Shown one piece after another: positions 51,741 to 59,353 of a DNA stretch of 64,000 nucleotides; within the stretch, counting starts at the first letter, position 1, and every line of letters begins with the position of its first letter. The position numbers and the translations under genes were made by a program. Origin of the DNA: an uncultured bacterium (lineage in GTDB: Bacteria > Babelota > Babeliae > Babelales > Babelaceae); the NCBI GenBank assembly GCA_963848965.1, contig CAWKFG010000001.1, forward strand, positions 224,001-288,000, written 5' to 3'. The notes under the pieces are model-generated. The model ran no database searches and was not told where the DNA came from. It was given only the letters and a program-made list of their open reading frames with translations.

Positions 51741-54185
51741 TTACGCTTTCTTTTTCTTTAGAGGAGTGCGCGTTTTTTTTACTGCTTTTTCAGGTTGCTT
51801 GTTAGATTCTTCATGAGATTCTTCAATCTTATGATTAAAGGGATTGTTAACAAGTGCTTCTTTAAGTACAGTATCCATCTCTTTTACATACATAATTTCT
51901 AGAGAGTCAAGCGCACCAATATCTTTGAGTACTTCTTCGATATCGTTTCTGTTTTCTTCAGGAACAAGAACTTTTTTCATGCCATGTTGTCGTGCAGCAA
52001 GAAGTTTTTCTTTGAGTCCTCCTACTGCAAGAACACGCCCACGAAGTGTTACTTCTCCTGTCATAGCAACAGCAACTCTTGTAGGATTCTTAGTAAGTGC
52101 AGATACAAGTGCTACACACATTGTAATACCTGCAGATGGACCATCCTTAGGAGTAGCTCCTTCAGGTATATGAATGTGAATATCCTTAGCAGAGTAGAAG
52201 CTCTCTTTGAGTCCAAGTTGCTCTGCTCGAGAACGAATATAGCTTACTGCCGCATGAGCAGACTCTTGCATTACATCACCAAGCTGTCCTGTAAGTGTCA
52301 AGCATCCCTTACCTGGCAGTACTATGGCTTCAATTTCTAACATATCTCCACCAAATTCAGTCCAAGCAAGACCATTGGCAAGGCCTATACGGTCGATTCC
52401 TGCATCAAGGCTTGCTTTCTTAAAGCGAGGATGCCCTAACCATTCTTTGAGTAGCTCTGGGCTTACTGTTACACCCTTTTCTTTGTCGTTCTTTAAAAGG
52501 AGCTGAATGGTTTTACGCATAAGCTTAGAAATAATACGTTCAAGCTGACGCACTCCTGCTTCTTTTGTATATTCTGAGATAATGCGGTGCAAAATAGTAT
52601 CAGGAAGCTTAAATTGACGAGATTTTAGGCTATATTCCTTAAGGTTTTTAGGAATAAGGAATGATTTAGCAATTTCTACTTTCTCATCGTCGGTATATCC
52701 TGACAAGAAGATTTTTTCCATACGGTCAAAAAGCGCATAAGGAATACCATCGACATGATTTGCAGTAGCAATAAACATTACTTTAGAAAGATCATATTCG
52801 ATTTCTAAAAAGTGATCTACAAAAGATTTGTTTTGTTCTGGATCTAATACCTCGAGCAATGCTGCTGCAGGATCACCGTGGTAATCACTAGACATCTTAT
52901 CGATCTCATCAAGTAAGATAACAGGATTAAGCGTTTTTGCTTTACGCATGGCTTGAATAATCTTACCTGGTAATGCTCCAATGTATGTTCTTCTGTGACC
53001 ACGAATTTCTGCTTCATCGCGGATACCTCCTAAGGAGATACGAACAAATTCACGCCCTAAGCTTTCTGCAACCGAGTGACCAAGTGATGTTTTTCCTACC
53101 CCAGGAGGCCCTACAAGACATAGAATCGGTGACCGCTCAAAAGTATGAGAAAATTTTTTAGCAGCTAAGAATTCGATAATACGATCTTTTGCTTTTTTGA
53201 GTCCTGCATGATTTTTATTTAAAATCTTTTCTGCTTGCTCTAAGCTAATAGTGTCCTGACTTACCTTATGCCATGGAAGCGAAATAACCCAGTCAATATA
53301 GTGCCTGCTTACTACTGCTTCAGAAGAAAGAGGAGGCATCTGTTCAAGACGCTTAAGCTCTTTTTCTACTTTCTCATGTGCTTCTTGAGGAAGCCCAAGA
53401 CTTTTGACTTTAGCGCGAATTTGCATAATTTCAGTATGAGCATCGTCTCGGCCAAGCTCTTTCTGAATAGCCTTTATCTGCTCTGTTAAATAATATTCAC
53501 GCTGGTTTTTTTCGACTTGCTTTTGTATACTGCCACGAATACGCTCTTCTGTTTCCAAAATGTCTATTTCTCGTTGTAAGAGACTACAAAGGCGCAGAAT
53601 ACGCTCTCGAAGATCAACGATTTCAAGAATTTCTTGGCGTTCTTCAAATGAAAGATTAAGATGTACGGCAAGTGTATCTGCAATATTATCCATATCTTCT
53701 GCACTCTTTACTGAGACCATAAGATCTACAGGTATCTTAGTATTAAGCTGTGCATAAGCGGTATAAAGCCCTTTAAGTTGGCGCCAAAGAGCTTCTAGTT
53801 CAACGGTTTTTTCAAGCCCTGTTGTAGGTAAATCTTCACATTCAACTGTTAAAAATCCTTCAGTAGATTCAGTTTTAAGAATTTTTGCTCTACATACCCC
53901 CTCTACTAAAATTTTGAGTGTCCCCTTAGGCATACGCATAACTTGCAAAATAGTCGCGCGTGTTCCATAAGCATATACATCTTCTTCAGTAGGATGTTCT
54001 ACATCTGGGTGCTTTTGAGCTGTAATAAAGATAGTTTTATTATTCCTTAGGGAATATTCAACGGCTGCAATCGAAGAAGATCTTCCTACAATTATAGGAA
54101 TGATACTTTTAGGAAGGATCACCACGTTTTTAAGCGGCAAAAGCGCTAAAACGCTATGTCTTCCAAATGGTTCGTTTTCAAGCAT
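51741..54185 (-). CDS. lon: ATP-dependent protease Lon
   Basis: GPPGVGKT, GHRRTYIGA, LLDEIDK, PKDGPSAG, GGLKEK. Confidence 0.98.
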   Translation of the reverse strand: MLENEPFGRHSVLALLPLKNVVILPKSIIPIIVGRSSSIAAVEYSLRNNKTIFITAQKHPDVEHPTEEDVYAYGTRATILQVMRMPKGTLKILVEGVCRAKILKTESTEGFLTVECEDLPTTGLEKTVELEALWRQLKGLYTAYAQLNTKIPVDLMVSVKSAEDMDNIADTLAVHLNLSFEERQEILEIVDLRERILRLCSLLQREIDILETEERIRGSIQKQVEKNQREYYLTEQIKAIQKELGRDDAHTEIMQIRAKVKSLGLPQEAHEKVEKELKRLEQMPPLSSEAVVSRHYIDWVISLPWHKVSQDTISLEQAEKILNKNHAGLKKAKDRIIEFLAAKKFSHTFERSPILCLVGPPGVGKTSLGHSVAESLGREFVRISLGGIRDEAEIRGHRRTYIGALPGKIIQAMRKAKTLNPVILLDEIDKMSSDYHGDPAAALLEVLDPEQNKSFVDHFLEIEYDLSKVMFIATANHVDGIPYALFDRMEKIFLSGYTDDEKVEIAKSFLIPKNLKEYSLKSRQFKLPDTILHRIISEYTKEAGVRQLERIISKLMRKTIQLLLKNDKEKGVTVSPELLKEWLGHPRFKKASLDAGIDRIGLANGLAWTEFGGDMLEIEAIVLPGKGCLTLTGQLGDVMQESAHAAVSYIRSRAEQLGLKESFYSAKDIHIHIPEGATPKDGPSAGITMCVALVSALTKNPTRVAVAMTGEVTLRGRVLAVGGLKEKLLAARQHGMKKVLVPEENRNDIEEVLKDIGALDSLEIMYVKEMDTVLKEALVNNPFNHKIEESHEESNKQPEKAVKKTRTPLKKKKA

Positions 54186-54627
54186 GGAACTTCCTTCTTT
54201 TTCAATGGTTATTTTCTATATATAAGTGTATGCTATTTATCTAGTATCCTACAAGTATCTTTTGTAAAACTCCTTCAACTCGTAAGATCCTTTTTTATAA
54301 CATCTGTAAAAAGTTAATAAGAGAACTTTAGATTATTTTAGCATAATACACTCAATTTGTAAATAATAATTAATCTCCAAAAGAGCTCTTTTGGCAAATA
54401 AAAAGAGAAAACTTAAGAATTTTTTTAAATAGTGTATACTACTTATCATTAAAAGGAGTTTTGTCTTAGGAGGCTAGGAGGATGCTTTATGACGTAAGGA
54501 AATTAATACCCAATACCTGTCTGTAAAGGGTGCATAGTATATCGATGCTATTTTTTACAAATTCGAAAATTTGAGATATAGTAAAAAGAGAAAGTTCACA
54601 TACATTTTTTTATAAAAAGGATGACTT

Positions 54628-56055
54628 ATGGCGTCTTCAAGATCCTCGATTATAGGCTTTTTAAGGGCCTGGTTCGGAGACTTTAGCAGAGAAGAACTTA
54701 AAAAGTTTTTGCTTTTAGGTACTATCTTTGCTCTTGTAATTGGCATTTATTGGACCTTACGTCCTATGAAGGATGCTCTTTTCCAAGATATAGTAGGTGG
54801 AATTTATCAGCCTCGTGCAAAATGGCTTTCGCTTGTGGTGGTTTTCCCACTCGTTATTATTTATAGTAAATTGGTTGACCGGCTTCGTCGGCATGTGCTT
54901 TTTTATGTACTGAGTCTGGTCTATGGTGTTGCAACGCTTATTATTGCCTGGTTTATGTTTGACCCAGTCATCGGTCTTGCAAATACTCATGCTGATCCAT
55001 CACGTGTTCTTGGCTGGATATGGTATGTGTTTGTAGAAAGCTTTGGTTCTTTAATTGTTGCTCTTTTCTGGGCTTTTGCTACAGATATTACAACTGCAGA
55101 TTCTGCTAGACGAGGATTCTCGGTAGTTGTGATGATTGGGCAGATTGGCGGAATTATTGCACCTCTTATTTTAACCAATATTCCTCTTTGGTTTAAGGTA
55201 AGTAATGCTTATGTAGTACTTATCTGTGGATTGCTTATGTTTCTTATAATTCCTATGGTTATGTTCTTTATGACAAATGTTCCTAAAGAGCAGATGGTAG
55301 GGTTTGCAGAAAAGGGTCATAAGCATCAAGAAGAAGTTGAGCCTGGGTTCCTAGAAGGACTTAAGCTGATGTTTTCTCAGCCATATCTTCTTGGTATTCT
55401 AGGTATTATTATGTTCTATGAAGTAATTGTTACCGTATTTGACTATTACTTTAAGATTATGACTGAAGCTCAAATTCTTGATAAGGCTTTAAAATCTTCT
55501 TATCTTGGTAAATATGCGGTGTATGCTAATTTAGGAACATTCTTGTGTCTTCTCTTGGGTATCAATAACATTTCGCGTAGATTAGGATTAACAACATCAT
55601 TAGCATTAATGCCTATTATGGTAGGTCTTGCAATATTTGTGTTTAGATTCTATCGTCTATTAGACGTTTTCTTCTGGCTTATGGTTGCTTCCAAAGCAGT
55701 AAACTATGCGTTAAATAGCCCATCTATGAAGCAGCTCTATATTCCGACAACGAAAGAAGTCCGTTATAAATCTCAAGCATGGATTGAGAGCTTTGGTTCC
55801 CGTGGTTCTAAGGCAGCTGGATCTGGTATTACTGATGCCCATAAGAATGCTATGGTTAAATGGAATGGTCCAGAGTGGGCAGATACGGCCTATGCAAAAG
55901 CGAATATGTTTACTCCTGCAGATACAGGAACAGTATGGCATATTGCTTTAAGCAGCTATCTCTTCTTAGGCATTGTTGGAGTCTGGTTCTTTGTTGCACT
56001 CTATCTTGGCAGAACCTATAAAAAGGCTGTTGACGAGGATAGAGTGGTATGTTAA
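54628..56055 (+). CDS. ATP/ADP translocase (NTT/Tlc family)
   Basis: LRPMKD, YVFVE..FWAFA, KAVNYALN, LYIP..RYKSQAWIE; multiple TM helices. Confidence 0.88.
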   Translation: MASSRSSIIGFLRAWFGDFSREELKKFLLLGTIFALVIGIYWTLRPMKDALFQDIVGGIYQPRAKWLSLVVVFPLVIIYSKLVDRLRRHVLFYVLSLVYGVATLIIAWFMFDPVIGLANTHADPSRVLGWIWYVFVESFGSLIVALFWAFATDITTADSARRGFSVVVMIGQIGGIIAPLILTNIPLWFKVSNAYVVLICGLLMFLIIPMVMFFMTNVPKEQMVGFAEKGHKHQEEVEPGFLEGLKLMFSQPYLLGILGIIMFYEVIVTVFDYYFKIMTEAQILDKALKSSYLGKYAVYANLGTFLCLLLGINNISRRLGLTTSLALMPIMVGLAIFVFRFYRLLDVFFWLMVASKAVNYALNSPSMKQLYIPTTKEVRYKSQAWIESFGSRGSKAAGSGITDAHKNAMVKWNGPEWADTAYAKANMFTPADTGTVWHIALSSYLFLGIVGVWFFVALYLGRTYKKAVDEDRVVC

Positions 56056-56081
56056 TTCCTCACATAAAATAACGAGATATA

Positions 56082-56111
56082 ATCAAGCACGGGGCCTTCC
56101 TTGTGCTTGAT
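56082..56111 (+). terminator. Hairpin between the two NTT genes
   Basis: ATCAAGCAC/GTGCTTGAT stem; no clear T tail. Confidence 0.45.
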
Positions 56112-56128
56112 CTAAAGGACATAGGGGT

Positions 56129-57604
56129 ATGTCGAGTTTCTATAGTTTTAAAAAGATTTTTGGTCAAAAGCATCTAATAGGTAACCAAGATGTGGTAAGG
56201 GGTAACGGGATGGGATCAAAACTCAGATCTATTTTTAAGTTTCTATTGGATGTTGAGCGGCATGAGCTTGTCAAAGTTATTATTTTAACAGCTACGTTTT
56301 TTTTAGTTATAGGTTCTTATACCGTTGTCAGAGAGCTAAAGGATGTTGTATTTCCTACACTCATAGGTCAGGATAGAAAATACTTGGCATATGCAAAGAT
56401 TTTTTCAATGCTTGTGCTGATACCGGCGCTTTTTATTCATTCTCGTCTTGTTGATTTAGTTCGTAGACATTATTTATTGTATATTTATGCCACTTTTTAT
56501 GGTCTTGTAGGGCTTATATGTGTGTTTTTTTTAGGGCATCCTACCATAGGGCTTCCTAATACTATTAGCAGTCCACATAGAATTTTTGGCTGGCTCTTTT
56601 ACTTTTTTATCGAAGGGTATTCTCCCTTAGTGGTAAGTGTCTTTTGGGCATTTGCCAACTCGGTGACTTCTCCTGAGTCTGCTAAAAATAATTATACTGC
56701 AATGATTGCGGGTTCTAAGCTGGGAGGAATTCTAACAGCGACAAGTGCGTGGTTTTTACTGAGAAGTCACTATTTTAGCGATGTAACAAATCATCAAATT
56801 CTTCTTGCAGCATCATCTCTTATCTTATTGTTTGTTCCTTTTTGTGTTTATCTTCTAGTAACAAAAGTGCCACGTAAGTATATGCATGGTTATGAAGCAG
56901 CATATCAGGTAGAAAAAGAGCGCCATCGTCATCAAGAAGGTGAAGGATGGCTGCATAGTATGCTGTCAGGCCTCATTATGCTTTTCAAGTATCCGTATGT
57001 TATGGGAATCTTTGGGATGAGCTTTTTCTTTGAAGTTATTAGTCAAGCGCTCAAGGTAGAAAATATAATATTTGTTAAAAAGACCTCTGCATCATTATCT
57101 GAATTTACCAGTTTCTTATTGTGGCAGGCACTATTAGTGCATATTGTAGCTTTTGTAGTAGTGCTATTTGGCACCAGGGCTCTTTTGCAGTTACTTGGTG
57201 AACGTCGTTCTTTAATGCTTATTCCAACGCTTACAGGCCTTTCTATTATTGGCTTTGTTTTACGCCCTTCCTATGCTACTGCAATATTTGCTTTTGTGGT
57301 AACTCGATCGGTAAATTATGCTTTTGCGGCACCATTGCGAGAAAGTCTCTATATCCCTACCGTAAAAGAGGTACAATTTAAATCGAAATCGTGGATAGAA
57401 GGAGTGGGAACAAAGTTTGCAAAAACTTGTGCTTCTTCCTTTAATATGTACACGGATGGTCTTGCTGCTCAGCTTTTATTAACAGTCCAAACTACGTTTT
57501 TTAGTTTTATTATTTTCTCTTGGTTTATCGCTGCATATACTCTTGGACGCCGTTATGAGCGAGCAGTAAGACATAATGAGGTTATCGGCTCTCAAGAAAT
57601 ATAG
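56129..57604 (+). CDS. Second nucleotide transporter (NTT/Tlc family)
   Basis: VRELKD, FWAFANS, RSVNYAF, LYIP..FKSKSWIE; start may be the downstream ATG (MGSKL). Confidence 0.85.
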   Translation: MSSFYSFKKIFGQKHLIGNQDVVRGNGMGSKLRSIFKFLLDVERHELVKVIILTATFFLVIGSYTVVRELKDVVFPTLIGQDRKYLAYAKIFSMLVLIPALFIHSRLVDLVRRHYLLYIYATFYGLVGLICVFFLGHPTIGLPNTISSPHRIFGWLFYFFIEGYSPLVVSVFWAFANSVTSPESAKNNYTAMIAGSKLGGILTATSAWFLLRSHYFSDVTNHQILLAASSLILLFVPFCVYLLVTKVPRKYMHGYEAAYQVEKERHRHQEGEGWLHSMLSGLIMLFKYPYVMGIFGMSFFFEVISQALKVENIIFVKKTSASLSEFTSFLLWQALLVHIVAFVVVLFGTRALLQLLGERRSLMLIPTLTGLSIIGFVLRPSYATAIFAFVVTRSVNYAFAAPLRESLYIPTVKEVQFKSKSWIEGVGTKFAKTCASSFNMYTDGLAAQLLLTVQTTFFSFIIFSWFIAAYTLGRRYERAVRHNEVIGSQEI

Positions 57605-57612
57605 AGAATTTT

Positions 57613-57745
57613 TTGCAATTTTCTATAACTTTGGTACAATGAAAGAGTACATATCGCTTATTTTCCATAAAGGGTGGTTGTTGATTCTTAGGCGGAGTCA
57701 AGCCGGAAAATAATAGGTTATAACCCTTCATAAAAAAGGTATTCT
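57613..57745 (+). promoter_or_regulatory. rpsB promoter and structured 5' leader
   Basis: TTGCAA-N16-TACAAT; leader pairings TTATTTTCC(57658-66)/GGAAAATAA(57705-13) and TTGATTCT/GGAGTCAA. Confidence 0.5.
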
Positions 57746-58846
57746 ATGGCTATAGATTTAAAAAAATTAATTAAAAATCAAGTACACTTTGGGCATCAAA
57801 CAGCTCGTTGGAATCCCAAAATGGCTCCTTATATTTGGGGACAAAAAAATAATATTCATCTAATAGATGTTTCTAAAACAGCCCATCAGATTGAAAAAGC
57901 GGCAGCGTTCTTAAAAACGATTGCTGCGGAAGGAAAATCTATTCTGTGGGTAGGGACAAAAAAGGCTGCTCAAGAAATTATAGGGCGTACAGCTCAAGAG
58001 CTTGGTAATCCTTATGTAGTACACAGATGGGTAGGTGGTACGTTTAGTAACTATCGTCAAGTACGTAAATCTATTGCAAACCTTCTACACTACGAAGATA
58101 TTCTTTCTAAATCGGAACAGTTTCCGTATAGCAAAAAAGAGCTTAATCTTTTTCAAAAGCGTGCGGACCGTTTAGAGAAAAACGTAGGTGGTATCAGGAT
58201 GCTTGCGTGGCCAGTAGGAGCTGTGGTAATAGTAGATGTGAAAAAAGAGCATGTATCAGTAAAAGAGGCGCTTACAATGGGAATTCCCGTTGTTGCTCTT
58301 GTAGATACTAATAGTGATCCATCAGACATCGCTTTTCCAATCCCTGCAAATGATGATGCTCCTCGTTCTATTAATGCTGTTATAGAGTATCTTGCACAAG
58401 CCGTACAGCAAGGGCAAGAAGCAGCTGCAACTAAGCCGCAAACAGAGTTAACTTCTGCAGAGCTTTATGAATCTCTTCTTGAAGAGCCGGGTCTTTCTGA
58501 AGCTGAAGAGGAAGAAGAAAATGAAAAGCGCCGTAAAGCACAAGGAGCTCGTAGTGCTAAAAAAGGCAGTGTAGGGCTTAAACCTAAGCCAAGTAAACGG
58601 CCAGTTCGTCAAGAGGATGTTGATGAACAAGGGCGTGCTAGAGGTCGTGGTGCACGCCATGGGCATGATGTAGCGTCTGCAGATACTACTATTCAAACTC
58701 CTGGTCTAGAAACGAAACCTGAGCCTGTAGTTGCACAAGAGCCTACTATTCAACGTTCATCAGTAGAAACAAAAGCCGAAGCTCACTTAGAAGAAGGAAC
58801 GACAATCCAGACGCCAACTACTGAAACAGGAAAAAAGAAAAAGTAA
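57746..58846 (+). CDS. rpsB: 30S ribosomal protein S2 with long C-terminal extension
   Basis: HFGHQTARWNPKM, VGTKK, RWVGG, VDTNSDP, PANDDA. Confidence 0.97.
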   Translation: MAIDLKKLIKNQVHFGHQTARWNPKMAPYIWGQKNNIHLIDVSKTAHQIEKAAAFLKTIAAEGKSILWVGTKKAAQEIIGRTAQELGNPYVVHRWVGGTFSNYRQVRKSIANLLHYEDILSKSEQFPYSKKELNLFQKRADRLEKNVGGIRMLAWPVGAVVIVDVKKEHVSVKEALTMGIPVVALVDTNSDPSDIAFPIPANDDAPRSINAVIEYLAQAVQQGQEAAATKPQTELTSAELYESLLEEPGLSEAEEEEENEKRRKAQGARSAKKGSVGLKPKPSKRPVRQEDVDEQGRARGRGARHGHDVASADTTIQTPGLETKPEPVVAQEPTIQRSSVETKAEAHLEEGTTIQTPTTETGKKKK

Positions 58847-58851
58847 TATAA

Positions 58852-58943
58852 GGAGAGGTGTCTGAGAGGCCGAAAGAGCGTGATTGGAAATCGCGTATAT
58901 CCCGAAAGGGGTATCGAGGGTTCGAATCCCTCCCTCTCCACCA
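58852..58943 (+). tRNA. tRNA-Ser (anticodon GGA)
   Basis: GGAGAGG/CCTCTCC acceptor stem, CGTGA-TTGGAAA-TCGCG anticodon arm, long variable arm, GTTCGAAT, CCA. Confidence 0.96.
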
Positions 58944-59079
58944 GCCTACGCTCCTTCGGGCTATGCCTGGCATCTTGTCCGGCGAAGCTGAAAGCGTAGA
59001 CGGAGGCCGTAAAGGATGGATTTAAATAAGATTGATATTGCTAGCTTAAGCTAAAGCTGGGCTAGCAGACCTAAAAATT

Positions 59080-59161
59080 GGAAGCCTATAAAGGGCAGTT
59101 GCTTAACGTGTCAGGTCCGAAAGGAAGCAGCACAAGTAACCCCGCTCTTGTATAGGCTTCC
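59080..59161 (+). ncRNA. ffs: Signal recognition particle RNA (4.5S, small bacterial type)
   Basis: Conserved TCAGGTCCGAAAGGAAGCAGC motif inside a long hairpin closed by GGAAGCCTATA/TATAGGCTTCC; T run follows. Confidence 0.92.
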
Positions 59162-59353
59162 TTCTTTTTTGTGCACGTCTCGAAGTACCTATAACTTTCA
59201 AGCAGTATCGCTTAGCCTTATTTAAGTCATAGAAGTTAATAAAAAAAAGAATAGGGCAGTGGGTGTCTTAGATCTTAAGCGCAACTAATGTATCTTTGAC
59301 ATAAAATAATAATGCTGTTAAGCTGGAGCAATGGTAAGACTTAAGGAAAATAT

